A stretch of DNA of 64,000 nucleotides. It comes from Eledone cirrhosa. Its lineage: Eukaryota. How positions within the stretch are numbered: position 1 is the stretch's first letter; every line of letters begins with the position of its first letter. Both the position numbers and the translations under genes were made by a program. The stretch lies in NCBI GenBank assembly GCA_964016885.1, contig OZ024755.1, forward strand, positions 22,568,001-22,632,000, read 5' to 3'. Shown here in pieces: positions 40,862-58,953 of this stretch. The notes under the pieces are model-generated. The model was not told the origin of the DNA and searched no databases. It saw nothing but the letters and a program-made list of their open reading frames with translations.

Positions 40862-41075
40862 ACACCTTTAGCATTTACAATACTCTATATATACTATTAT
40901 ATTTTCTTGGTAAAGGCTTTATCTCACATAATATCGAATCTATGAGATTTTGATATTATTTATTCTGGGAACAATACCTTAACATTAGTATGAGTGGCCT
41001 GTTATAGCCGGTTTGAACAGTAAAAAGTGAGAAAAATCTGGCCGGATACAGCCAGTTTAAATGCTAAAGTATTAA
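40862..41075. mobile_element. TTAA MITE, third copy with decayed ends
   Basis: Same body; CCTTTAGCATTTA...TAAATGCTAAAG. Confidence 0.8.
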
Positions 41076-42419
41076 TTTATAATAATAATTTAATTATTAC
41101 AGTCATTTGTTAGTCTATAGTAATAATTTGTTAAGCTGTAATAATAATTTGTTAACCCAAAATGAAGGCAACTTTGTAGGTTTATTTTAGTTTCATTTAC
41201 CCATTTTATTATAGGTAATCAACTTCTTTTCTAACCTTCCATACAATGCTCTCACTCTCTCTCTCACACACACACACACATTGACACTTAAGTACACTTA
41301 AACACACTCACACACACACATTCATACACACACACAGTACTGCACCAAGAGAATAAACTCACTACTTTTCTCCATCTCCTACTCTTCTTCCTCCTCTTCA
41401 CCAAGACAATACTTCTCAATAAATCAATACACACTTTTCTCATTTAGCTTCTATCTAGTATTGCATTTGGTAAATAGATCTTTCTGGGGCTTTCCTTTGA
41501 TTCCCATTAAGATCTCCAATTAACACTTTTAATTCATAAAAAAAAAAATGTCACAGCTTATCCTCTCACCTGATCATAATTTCGGTTATTGTTCCTACAG
41601 CCAGCCATGTTGGTTCTATCTACTGACATCACTCTGACCTCTCACAACTTATCCTTGTAAGTTCTTGGCTATATCAACAAATATAGGCATCTTTTTTTTA
41701 TTATTCACTTATCTTATCAGTCCTTTATATTTTAGTTGTAGTGTTGGTGCCATGATAAAATGCACCCAGTACACCCTGTAAATGGTAGTGCTGATACCAT
41801 GATAAAATGCACCCAGTACACTTACTTTTCATATTATTTACTAAATCTGACATAACCTTGCCCCACTTTGTATTATTTTTAAACTGCTCCAATATTTGTA
41901 TAAATTTATATAAATGCTTTATTTTCATCATCATCATCATCATCATCATCGTGGTTAGCAATGGCAGCAGTATGACAACAATGATAATGATGATGATGAT
42001 CTCTGTTACATCATCATCGTCATCATCATTATCCAGGTGTGCTTATTGCACACATCGCCATGATTTATTTTCTCCAGTCTCTTTGGTCTGCCATTGCTTG
42101 TGGTAGGTATTTTTCAGTGTACCCAAGAAGACCTATGACAAGCATTTCTGTTACAGTCTCATTAATAAGTCTGAAAGCTACTGAAATTAACGTTTTCAGA
42201 GATTTTCTACCACAATCATTTATTTGGTGGTCTTACTTTCTGTTGTCCTTATTGTAAACCTGACTGAGAAGACAAATTATGATACGTGAACCTCTTTTAG
42301 TAAGGTGTGGGGGGAGGGGTCTATATAATTCTTGAGGAAAACTTAATGGACCAAAATCCCAAATCCAGAGCTTTCTCACTCCTGTTGGAGGAACTCCTCC
42401 CTGTTTGACCTCCACCACT

Positions 42420-42893
42420 TCCTATCTGTGGCCATATTGGGGCATGTGAGGCTCAGATATCGAGTCAGTTCATCACACCATCTTGCCTCTTGTTCTTCTC
42501 CACTGCCTTGACCACACTGTCACTCTAATATTCCACCTGTTGTCTCTGAGACGAGAGAAATGGCCAGGTGGCCAGGTGTCCACTCTGCCACTCTAATAGT
42601 CCACATGTTGTCTCTGAAATGAGAGACATGGCCAGGTGGCCAGGTGTCCACTCTGCCACTCTAATAGTCCACATGTTGTCTCTGAAATGAGAGACATGGC
42701 CAGGTGGCCAGGTGTCCACTCTGCCACTCTAATAGTCCACATGTTGTCTCTGAAATGAGAGATGTGGCCAAGCCTGGTGTCCACTCAGTCACTCTGATAG
42801 TCCACATGTTGTCTCTGAAATGAAATATGTGGCCAAGCCAGGTGTCCACTCAGTCACTCTGATAGTCCACCTGTTGTCTCTGAGACGAGAGAC
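42420..42893 (-). mobile_element. RTE-like C-terminal fragment with an internal 65-68 bp segment tandemly amplified about 6 times
   Basis: The unit encodes GHISHFRDNMWTIRVAEWTP and continues into RWCDELTRYL...ATDRKWW. Confidence 0.75.
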
Positions 42894-44311
42894 TTACAGT
42901 GGACCACAAACATTTAATATAGACTACTGGTAGTCTACCAGAACCACATAGTGGATCACTGGGCTAAGAATATGTTAACAACTTGCCCAAAGTAAATGCT
43001 TCTACTGACAAATTCAACTCTCGGTGAGATTTTTAAGTCCAACATCATTCATATTAATGACATTCCTGCAAACAATAGAATAATTAACTGAATCGAGTTG
43101 ATTTGTACAAATCAAGGCTTGAATATTTACCATAATTTCCTTTTGTTGTTGTTTTAGGATATTTTGTGGGGAGGGGTGTTTTATTGTTGTTTTTGAAGGG
43201 GGTTTTCAGGAATTTTTGTTGGTGTTTTAGGATATTTTTTTAGGGGGTTTAAAGGATTTTTGAGAAATGTTTTTTAGGGTGTTTTGACGGGTCTTTATAG
43301 TTTTTAAAGGGTTTTGTTGTTGTTTTTTGTTGTTTTTTATGGTTTTTAGTTTTTCTTTTTTTTTATTTTTGGTCTATTTTGTTTTGTTGTTGTCTTCTGT
43401 TCTTTTAGGTTAAACATTTTTATTCAATTTTTAAAATAACTTATTCAATAATTAAGACTGAGATAACAGCAAACAAATTCCTTTCAATTGTGTTTTATCA
43501 CCAGATTCTTTCCAAATAATAGTTGTACTGATCATCATCATCATCATCATCATCATCATGTTTATTACCAGAAGAGAAGCTAGGGAAACAAAATGATGTG
43601 AATAATGAAATAGATTTAATGTATCTTAGAAAATCTTTTAAAATATAATGTTTAAACAAAATATCACCTTCAATAATATGTCAAAATTATGTCAACTTAT
43701 ACTTCATGTAAGCAAGTAAGTTGAGCAGAAAATATAAGGAAATTGAGAAGTTTAAGCAAATTCACCAAATACAAACCAGAGAATTCAATAGATTTAATAT
43801 AATCAATGTTATCAATACAACCTTTTAGCAAAGTGTCAGATCCTAAAACCAACGGAGGAGCTGAAGCATAGCTTAGTTCTTTGATCTAGAATGAGATAAA
43901 ATGACATATTAGGAAATATCCTGCTGACTCAATCAGTATGTTTTTGGATAAGTTTAGCATTGCTGTCACTATTTATAAGCTAAGTTTACAGTGTCTTCTG
44001 AAAATATTTGTAGTTCACTAAATAAGTTGGCAAATTAAACAAAACTTTATTTGGAGAAAAGCAAGCAATCATTTTAATAAATATATTCTTATATTTATGA
44101 TAAAATAGATTTTTCACTTTTTTTTAATGAGTAAATTTGTTGAAAATGCTAGTTGTGTATCTAAGATTTTGTGATTTAGTATAAGTGGCATAAAATATCT
44201 AGACATAGATAATAATTGCATCAATAATAATTGTTTCTACTTTTGGCACAAGGCCATCAATTACCCAGTACATTACTGGTACTTTATTTAATAATAATAA
44301 TAATAATAATA

Positions 44312-44560
44312 ATAAACAATACCTATAATAATAGATGCTCTGGGAATGATAAAAAACACAGATAAATACATAACCAACACCCCAGGACTTTCAAATATAT
44401 ACAGCATACAAAAGATAGCACTACTAGGCACTGCACACATATTACAAAAAGTACTATCAATACAATAGAAACAACAGTAAAAACTATGCTGTTCATACCT
44501 AAGGCACACTAAGCTGTGCTCGGTAAAGCAGTAATGATGTGTAATAAAAATAATAATGGA
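44312..44560 (+). mobile_element. R4/Dong-type (RLE) LINE 3' end
   Basis: TIPIIIDALGMIKKNTDKYITNTPG...IQKIALLGTAHILQKVLS; flanked by (TAA)n. Confidence 0.75.
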
Positions 44561-44644
44561 AATAGTTACATTAATAATGATGATGATTATTTCATTTATT
44601 GGCCACAAGGGCTGACAATAATAATAATAATAATAATAATAATG

Positions 44645-45560
44645 TAGGGAGCCAATGCTCAAAATTGTACTGGAGGAGAAGACAATAGACCAGGGGATGT
44701 CCAAGGAGGAAGAGCAACCTTCATGAAAAATCCCTTCATAGCACCTTCTTTAAGAAAACGGAATTTAGAGATCCACAGACATGGAACTGGTTAAAAAGAG
44801 GAGACCTTAAAAAAGCTACAGAAGGAATGCTAATGGCTGCGCAAGAGCAAGCCCTCACAACGAAGTGGGTGAAACACCATATTGTCAAGGAGGAGGCTAG
44901 CTCATTGTGTAGGATCTGTGGAGAGACAGGAGACTGTGGCTCACATTGTATCCGAGTGTAAACACCTAGCCCAGACTCACTATAAAGGCTGGAGATATGA
45001 TGTGATAGGCAGGGTGATCCACTGGCATCTATGAAAAGTAAACAATTTACCACATTCTGAGAAGTGGTATGAGCATAAGCCAGAATCGGTGATAGAAAAC
45101 AATCAGGTGAAGGTGCTGTGGGATTTTAGGATACAGACGGACAAGAAATTAGAACACAATAGACCTGACCTGGTGGTTTTGGACAAGGAAAAAAGATTGT
45201 GCCTGAATGTAGATGTAGCCTGCCCATTTGACACGAGAATGCAAGAAAATGAGAGGGGGAAAATTAACTGATACCAGGATTTAAAGTGGGAGGTAAAAAG
45301 GATTTGGAACTGCCATGAAATCAAGGTCTTCCCGATTGTCATAGGCGCACTAGATACTATCTCAAAGAGTTTCCAAGGATGGTTAAAGAAGATTAGGCCA
45401 GCCCCACTTTTTGGAACACTTCAAAAGGCATGCTTGCTGGGAACAACAAGAACCCTCCGATACGTCCTGAATGTTCGAGGCTGCAGGTAGCGGCTTCATA
45501 TTCATTTCAACAAACTTTCCAGTTAAATAACATCAATGACTGAGACTCAAGGAACAATAA
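44645..45560 (+). mobile_element. R4/Dong-type LINE 3' fragment with zinc knuckle and restriction-like endonuclease
   Basis: TEGMLMAAQEQAL...CRICGE..ETVAHIVSEC...LWDFRIQTDKKLEHNRPDLVVLD...DVACP...PIVIGAL...LQKACLLGT; has stops and frameshifts; (TAA)n on both sides. Confidence 0.9.
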
Positions 45561-45574
45561 TAATAATAATAATA

Positions 45575-45866
45575 ATTGTTTCTACTTTTGGCACAATGCC
45601 AGCAATTACCCAGTGCATTACTGGTACTTTATTTCATTGACTCTGTAAGGATGAAAGGCAAAGTTAACCTCAGCGAGATTTGAACTCAGATCATAAAGGA
45701 CCATAACTCTATGCTGAAAAGCATGTCCGATGCCCTGCCAATCCGCTGCCCTTATAATAATAATAATAATAATTGTTTCTACTTTAGGCACAAGGCCAGC
45801 AAATACCCAGTGCATTACTGGTACTTTATTTCATTGACCCCGTAAGGATGAAAGGCAAAATTAACC
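45575..45866 (-). mobile_element. Two tandem Meta-like SINEs
   Basis: Same family, within (TAA)n. Confidence 0.8.
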
Positions 45867-46022
45867 CAGTCCCTATCATCTCATTTCTACAGCTGAGTAA
45901 ACTGGAGCAATGTGAAATAAAGTGTCTTGCTCAAGGAAACAACACATCACCCGGTCTGAGAATTGAACTCACAATCTTTCGAGTGCAAAGCCAATGCTCT
46001 AACCACTAAGCCATGTGCCTCC
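45867..46022 (-). mobile_element. 5' half of a CORE-type SINE
   Basis: Head and CORE-like region only. Confidence 0.85.
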
Positions 46023-46747
46023 ATGTATGTATATATATGTGCCTCCATATATATATATATATATATTAAAATGTGCTAAGTTGGTTGGGTGGAAAATTCT
46101 TTGAGGGCACATGATTGTATAAGTGTATGAAATGGTGTTGATGACACTTTCAGGTTAGAATATTTCAAGATTTTATGTACTGAGTTTGAAGTTTATGAGC
46201 TGTTGACATTCTGTAGCAGCTCATTAGTTCATTAACACCATCAGGTTTAACAGTTGAACACATGCTGTTGTTTTATCTGACATCAGCCATTTGAATTATC
46301 TTTCCTTGTTAGGCAGAACACATAGGGTTGAAGGAACTATCAGATGTTTACAATCTACCACGAAATTCAGACTCTGGTCATGGGTATTGATAAATGTTAA
46401 CAATTCTACAAATATTTCAAAGTGTGCTGTCGCTTAACCTTTTGAACACAGGCAGCCAAATTATTGATCACGATGTTGTGATGCCCACAATATGAACAGC
46501 ATTTCAATTTGAAGACAGGCAGACAAAGTATTGATCAGGATAAACAGCATTTCATATTGGTCACAATATGAACAGCATTTCAATTGAAGACATAAAGAGT
46601 CGGAACCAATGCCCCAAAGCATTTTATCTAAAACTCTAACAATTCTGCCAATCCACCACCCTCCTTACACTTAATATATTAAATCAATAATACCAATACT
46701 ACCATACTTTTAACAAACAGTAACTTTAGAAGAATTCAAAGTAAAAA

Positions 46748-47005
46748 GTATGGCTGTGTGGTTATACAGGTATGGCTGTGTGGTTATACAGGTATGGCTG
46801 TGTGGTTATACAGGTATGGATGTGTGGTTATACAGGTATGGATGTGTGGTTATGCAGGTATGGCTGTGTGGTTATACAGACATCGCTGTGTGGTTATGCA
46901 GGTATGGATGTGTGGTTATACAAGTATGGCTGTATGGTTATACAGACATCGCTGTGTGGTCATGCAGGTATGGATGTGTGGTTATACAGGTATGGATGTG
47001 TGGTT
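46748..47005. repeat. 22-bp tandem repeat, about 12 copies, of a SINE 5' end
   Basis: Unit CAGGTATGGMTGTGTGGTTATA, running directly into the SINE body. Confidence 0.9.
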
Positions 47006-47410
47006 AAGGAGCTCACTTTGCAACCACGTGGCTTCAGGTTCAGTCTCATTGCATGACACTTGGCCAGGTGTCTTCTACTATAGCTTCAGGTTGACCAATG
47101 CCTTGTGAGTGACATTGGATAGACAGAAATTGTGTCTGTGTAGGCGTCTGTCTGTCTGTGTCTGTGTGTGTCTATCTGTGTCTGTGTGTGTGTCTGTGTC
47201 TGTGTGTGTCTATCTGTGTCTGTGTGTGTGTCTGTGTCTGTGTGAGTCTGTGTGTCTGTGTGTGTGTGTGTGTGTATATTTTGTAACTTAGTGGCTCAAC
47301 AATAGTGATTAATAAAATATGTGCCAGACTTTATAAAATAAGAACTGGGGTCAATATGGCTGGTTAAATCCTTTGAAGGCAGAACGCCAGCTTGATTGCA
47401 GTCTAATTAC
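46985..47410 (+). mobile_element. Old tRNA-derived SINE of a third family with an internal (TG)/(TCTG) tract
   Basis: TGG..GTGTGGTTAAG head, GGTTCAGTC B-box, CORE-like CACTTGGCCAGGTGTCTTCTACTATAGC. Confidence 0.65.
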
Positions 47411-47767
47411 CAATCCAATCCAGGGCCTTCTCACCCCTGTTGGAGGAAGGAACCCCTCCCAGGTTGACCTCCACAGCTTTCTCTTTGGTTTTGGTCATGT
47501 CTTCATGGCTGTATCCATACTCACCATTGTTGGTGGGGATGGCAATTTACTCTGAGGAGTTCATCTGCCCTTTATAACAGCTTTTGTTTTTTGTGCTGCT
47601 AGGGTTCCACTTACCCTCCTCACCTGACCAGGTTTAGTTGCCGACCACTCAACCATGAAGCAGGGTGTACTGGGTTACATGGTACCAGTAGCAGGCAGAA
47701 GCCTGATCTGTCCATCTAATGACTAAACGCAGTAAAATATATGTACCTTTTGCAAGGACATGACTTT

Positions 47768-48282
47768 GATATCACCACATACACTCTACAATACTCTCTC
47801 TCTCTCTCATCTATGAAAATATAAGGAGATATCACACCACATACACTTTACAATACTCTGTCTACTATCTATGAAAATATAAGGAGATATCACACCACAT
47901 ACACTCTACAATACTCTCTCTACTATCTATGAAAATATAAGGAGATATCACACCACATACACTCTACAATACTCTCTCTACTATCTATGAAAATATAAGG
48001 AGATATCACACCACATACACTTTACAATACTCTGCCTACTATCTATGAAAATATAAGGAGATATCACACCACATACACTCTACAATACTCTGTCTACTAT
48101 CTATGAAAATATAAGGAGATATCACACCACATACACTCTACAATACTCTGTCTACTATCTATGAAAATATAAGGAGATATCACACCACATACACTTTACA
48201 ATACTCTGCCTACTATCTATGAAAATATAAGGAGATATCACACCACATACACTCTACAATACTCTCTCTTCTATGTATGAAA
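47768..48282. repeat. 58-bp minisatellite, about 9 copies
   Basis: Unit GATATCACACCACATACACTYTACAATACTCTSTCTACTATCTATGAAAATATAAGGA. Confidence 0.95.
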
Positions 48283-48565
48283 CTGTTAACATGCAAGACA
48301 TTATCAACTGATGCTATACACAACACCCACACAACAGACAGCTATACTAAAATATGACAGCCATAATCTATGCACGATTTGCCAACCACCCACAACAATG
48401 CAACATTATACAATACAAATATTTGATCTGTAAAAATTTAGTCAAATTTTTCCTTGCTTTTCTTTTATATTTTGTTTTTTTGTTTTGTGTCTAATATTTT
48501 TTGTTGCATTAGAAATATAAAACATGATACTATGTATGTGTAGGTAGCATTTGTATGATTTTATG

Positions 48566-48624
<59 letters not shown>

Positions 48625-48943
48625 TGTAGTGCTGAAACTGGGGAGACCACAAATTACGGGAGTATTGAATGCATGGAGAGATGCAGAGTGGGTATAGAGA
48701 GAGGTATGAGCCCGACCGCTCTATATCTCTCTTTCTCTCTCTCCATATATAGATATATAGATAGATAGATAGATAGATAGATTATGGTAATTCTGGTATA
48801 GATTAGTAAACACTTGTGTAAGCAAGATTGAGCACTCAACAGAGTATAGCTCTACCATTATGATATTTATCAGGTAGGTGTGTGTACAGCAGAGTGTTGG
48901 TATAGTATGTTTAAGTTTCACTATATTCTATTTATTACATAAT

Positions 48944-49005
48944 CAGTTTTACGTATTTCAATGGTATCTATTATGTAATACTAGATACGATCTCACCAGA
49001 GAGTT
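48944..49005 (-). ncRNA. Inverted, core-mutated copy of the same hammerhead
   Basis: Minus strand CTGGTGA-GATCGTATCTA...TAGATACCATT-GAAA-TACGTA. Confidence 0.5.
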
Positions 49006-49129
49006 TTTTTTTTATTTGCATATACATTAGTGATGTAAGTTTTTATCTGATGTACCAGCTGGGGAACTTAGGTGTTGTTTCTTCACTGCTCATGCTAGCT
49101 GAGTGGTGAAGAAACAACAAATAAAAAAA

Positions 49130-49192
49130 ACTGTCTGATGAGATTGTACATGCGTATTACATAACAGATGCCATCGAAATACATATAACAGT
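49130..49192 (+). ncRNA. Type I hammerhead ribozyme motif with a partly decayed stem II
   Basis: ACTGT-CTGATGA-GAT...ATC-GAAA-TACATA-TA-ACAGT; perfect 5-bp stem I. Confidence 0.62.
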
Positions 49193-49241
49193 GATTGTGT
49201 AATATATAGAATGTGGTGAAATTCGAACATACTGCCTTCTA

Positions 49242-49283
<42 letters not shown>

Positions 49284-50992
49284 CTGTGTATACATGTATG
49301 TATTGTCATCTTCAAAGAACTGTTTAAGAAAGGGCAGGACCTCTGTGTCAGATAATAGCACCAATACACCATTGAAGTATGTGATCAAGTCTATTTGATA
49401 TAACAACCAAGAAATATCTTTCCTTGGCTTTTTACCGGTATTTTCCAGTCTAAAGAAATGTTATAGCCATAAGTTTCCTCAGGCTCTACTATAGTTAAAA
49501 TACAGTTTTAGAAAGAATTTAGCAACTGTTGATATCATAGCAAGATATTTACTATGACAAACACCAGATTCTCTCTGACCCCTTGTTAAACTTGATATGA
49601 TATACACATAGTATTAAATCTGAATTGTTCAGAAAATGTTAGTTGTTAAATTTTCTTCATCCAATGTGAGTCACTTTCTATTCATACAAGAAAATATTGT
49701 GTGTGTTTTTTATTGAAATATTGTTTTTTACGATACAATGATACACTACCAAGCACATTCAGTCAATTTTATATTTTACTTTCAAGGATCTCTTTGTATG
49801 TGATTATGGGTGTCCATTTGACTGGGACTTGTGTATTGTGGGAAATTAAATTGTATGTGACTATGTACTGTGGGAAATTAAATTGTGTATGACTATGTAC
49901 TGTGGGAAATTAAATTGTGTGTGACTGCATTGTGGGAAATTCAATTGTGTGTGACTGCATTGTGGGAAATTCAATCCATTCCATAAACATCCTTACTGAG
50001 TAGGTTTCTTTTCTTTATTTCTTCACCCCAGATACTTAATACTTAACATAATTTGGGTATGTTTTATTCAAATGTTTAATAAATAGCAAGGTTAGGATTG
50101 CCTAGTTTTAAACACTTTTCAGTTTGGTTAGTGTCAGAGATAAACTTCATCAGGATATCATATAAGCTCTAAACACTATATTTTATATGTTTGCAAACCA
50201 CAGCATATGAATTTATCCAGATATGTCCACTCTAGTAACTGATTTTAGGTGAATCAGAACCTCCAATAATTTCTACAGATTCTGGTTTTTATTTGTTGTA
50301 TGATATAAGCCTAACAGATTAAGTTGAAGAATGTTTTGTAACCATCTCATAAGACATTGGTTATATCTTTTTGAGAAATTAACTTATTCTGCTAGAGAGG
50401 TAACATTTATCTCTCATAAAACATATATATTTCTCTATTGTAATTCACTAATTCCTTTATTCTGCTATAGAGGTAATATTTATGTCTCATATAAGATATA
50501 TAATTCTCCGTTGTAATTTACCGATTTCTTTATTCTGCTATAGAGGTAATATCTATCTCTCATATAAGATATATAATTCTCTGTTGTAATTCACTAATTC
50601 CTTTATTCTGCTATAGAGGTAATCTCTCTCTCTATCTCTCCCTCTCCCCCCTATCTCTCTCTCTCTCTCTCTCTTTCTCTCTTTCTCTTTGATATAAGAT
50701 ATATAATTCTCTGTTGTAATTTATTAATTCATAACATTGTTCTCTGAGGAAATATCTAATCAGATTATTGATTTGGTTTTAATCGCAACAAACTCAGTAG
50801 AACGATTTTTTTTCCTTTATTTAATTGCCTCATATGTACTGAATTTCTATTAACTGTTTAATTTTTTTTAAATTAACGCCACCTTTGCATAAAAGCTAAC
50901 TATGAATAATATCAATAAAAAAAAGAAAAAATCTTTTATATATGCAAATCATTTCAAGTTTGCTGTTTTTCTTTTTTTTATGGTTTTTTTAG

Positions 50993-51040
50993 CCTAGGTA
51001 GCGGAAGAAGTTCTAAGGGAGATAATTCCCCTATTTCAAA
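50993..51040 (+). CDS. Putative 48-nt symmetric (phase 2-2) exon of the same gene, (N)LGSGRSSKGDNSPIS
   Basis: Long T-rich tract followed by tAG, consensus donor AAA|GTAAGT. Open in exactly the frame required after the 35859-36100 exon. Confidence 0.55.
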
Positions 51041-51219
51041 GTAAGTATTAAGTGTGAAAAAACATCGACCCATTATGTCATTTGAAGTGATGTTTTTACA
51101 CTCAGACACATCCATGTATCCGTGTAGTTAATTATTTTATCTTTTTGGCTGTATATACGTGTCTTTGTGTCTGTATGTGTGGTGTGTATTACTGTGTGTC
51201 TGTGTGTGGGGCGTGTGAA

Positions 51220-56110
<4,891 letters not shown>

Positions 56111-56120
56111 TAGATATATA

Positions 56121-56973
56121 CCGTATTTTTCGAAATATAGGATGCGCTTATTTTCCCAAAAGTCGACCCACAAAATCACTATGCATCTTATAAGGCGAAG
56201 GTCAGGTTTGGGGTAATTACTGTATGTAACAATTTCATAATTAAAAAGTAGGAAACATTTAAATTTTTGTTTAAATGTTCGAATGTATACCTTCTTGTTT
56301 GAAACCAATTCCGTACACATACCGCTGAGAAACTATAAGGAGGGTAAAAATCTTAAACACTGAAATAGCTGTCATACCTGCTGGAATGACTTCTCAATTA
56401 CAAACTCTTGATGTTTCACTAAACAAGCCTTTTAAGACACACACGAGAGAGGAATAAGATAATTTGGATGAAGGACCAGCACCATGAACTGACACCGACA
56501 GAACCTATGAAGAGGCCTACATTTTCCTAGGTAAACGAGTGGGGTGAAAAACTCGTGGGATGCTGCGAAAACCGAGGCAGTTATAAAAGCTTCCAAAAAA
56601 TGTGACATCAGCAACGCCCCAGAAGGCACTGAAGATGATTTTCTGTATAATGATAGCGACACAAGTGATTCTGAAAACAGTGATGACCTCGAGGAATGCG
56701 AGGAAGAAGATGAATTTCAAGAAACTAGACGAGGGTGACAGCCAGGAAATCAATGAGGATGACAGTAGTCGTTATTTTATAAGATTTGTAAAATAAAGTA
56801 CCAGTAATGCACTGGGTAATTGCTGGCCTTGTGCCTAAAGTAGAAACAATTATTTTATAAGATTTGAAAATCATTAAAATTTTAATAGCCTTAATAGTGT
56901 TAATTCCCCTTAATTTTATTTTTCCTGGATAATATGTTAAATTGTGGTGTGTCTTATATTCCGAAAAATACAG
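56121..56973 (+). mobile_element. Internally deleted pogo/Tigger-type DNA transposon
   Basis: TA-CCGTATTTTTCG...CCGAAAAATACAG-TA termini; DDE fragment AVIPAGMTSQLQTLDVSLNKPFK and an acidic C-terminal tail. Confidence 0.85.
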
Positions 56974-57210
56974 TATATAAATATATATATATATAAACTC
57001 ACACTAAACTGGTGGTTTTATAGAGATGTAGTATGCCACATGTTTCATAGCCTGAATATTTAGACCATACTTCCATTTTCGTGCCATTTCGCTTCAGTGA
57101 ATGAATCTATTTTTTATTTCTTGTGAATGGCTGTACAAATATTTCAGTATTTTTGTTTCTACAAAATAGCTGGGCATGCTTCTTCTCCTCCTCCTCTTTC
57201 TTCTTCTTTC

Positions 57211-57241
<31 letters not shown>

Positions 57242-57833
57242 CTTCTCCTTCTCCTCCCCCTCCTCCTTCTTCTTCTTCTTCCTCCATTTATCACATTATT
57301 ACACTATTTCATCTGTACTTGCATGTTTTACTCTTTGTATGCTTGGACTGTCTTATATTCTCTGTTCATCTTCATTTAGAGGTATATGTCCCTTATTTAT
57401 TTAAAAACATTATTGTGTCATATATATATATTAATAAAAACAATGAATAAAAACAAAGAACAAGTTCCTTGTATTAAAAAATTCATCATTTTACGATCGT
57501 TTCTAGGATATATATATGTGTTGGTATGTATATCATATAGATCTATGTAAAAATATTACAAACTATCAGAGGAAATATACATACCTTCACATATATATGC
57601 TGTCTTCAGAAATGATATTCTTCATACGGATTGGACACTACCGTATATTTTGGTAGATTTATCTACTTATATATATATATATTAGAAATATAAGCTATCG
57701 TCGTATTTTCTCCGAGGGTTCTTAACCCCACTATCAGGCTAAATAATTTCTTTAATTTCTTTAGTCAAAATACGGCGATAGCTTACATTTCTAATTTCAA
57801 ACTCGCTCGCTGTTTCGAAAATATTCTTACTTG

Positions 57834-57876
<43 letters not shown>

Positions 57877-58919
57877 CATCTATATATACATATATAGATA
57901 TACACACATCTATATATACATATATAGTAGAAATAAAATACAGAGAACAAAATCCAGAGAGAACTCGATAAGGTGTGTGTGTATATATATATATATGTGT
58001 GTGTGTGTGTGCATATATATATATATATATGTAAAATATTTGTATGTATGTATGTATAAATATATGTGTCAGTTGAAAGTTGGTCATTCACTCTGTTATT
58101 TAGTGTTTTTCACTATATATAATCCTTCAGATGACATAGTTATGAGTACAACATATACAGACATACACACATACACATATGCATACACACACACATACAC
58201 ACATACATACATACATACATAGATACATACTTGATGGCTGCAACTCGATTTCAAGTAATGCCATTGCTTGATACTTAAGCATGAGCATCTTGGATGTGGC
58301 TTTTTAGTCCTGTTAGGAACTTGCCTATGACCAGCAATACCATGTATCACGAAAAATATCACATATCAAGTGATGCCTTAGCTTGAAGCTTTTCTAAACG
58401 TGGAAAGGCTTTGCACAGGGCCAATCTCACTTTCTGAACATCAAATTCATTTACCTAAAAAGAAGAACTGGTCTACTTGCCTTTCATCCTTACGGGGTCG
58501 ATAAAATAAAGTACCAGTAATGCACTGGGTATTTGCTGGCCTTGTGCCTAAAGTAGAAACAATTATTGGATGCAGCCCAGTATCATTGGCAACTAAACCA
58601 GCAACCCCACCGGGTGATTTTGGACACCCTGTGGGATGAAGGACAAAACCTGTCAAAGGGTGAAGGATCTCAGGAAGTGTTTTTTTTTTTGGAGGGGGGG
58701 GGGGGGGGGGGTGACTCCTTGTCTACATTAAGACATCTCTCTAGAAGTTCACTCTGATATAAAACACATACATGCGATGGCTGCAAACGCTACTAAAAGT
58801 ATTGCAATCGCTTGTCAGATTATAGAGTTTGGTGCACTTTTAGGCTACGGCCAGCCACACGAACCTCTAACATATCCTGAACAAGCAATGCCTGTGCTTT
58901 GAAGGTTTTTACATACAAT

Positions 58920-58953
<34 letters not shown>

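Noticed and set aside
50105-50158. Hammerhead-like CTGATGA-AGTTT...AAACT-GAAA on the minus strand
   Set aside because: Stem II pairs, but there is no stem I and stem III is poor; may be chance.
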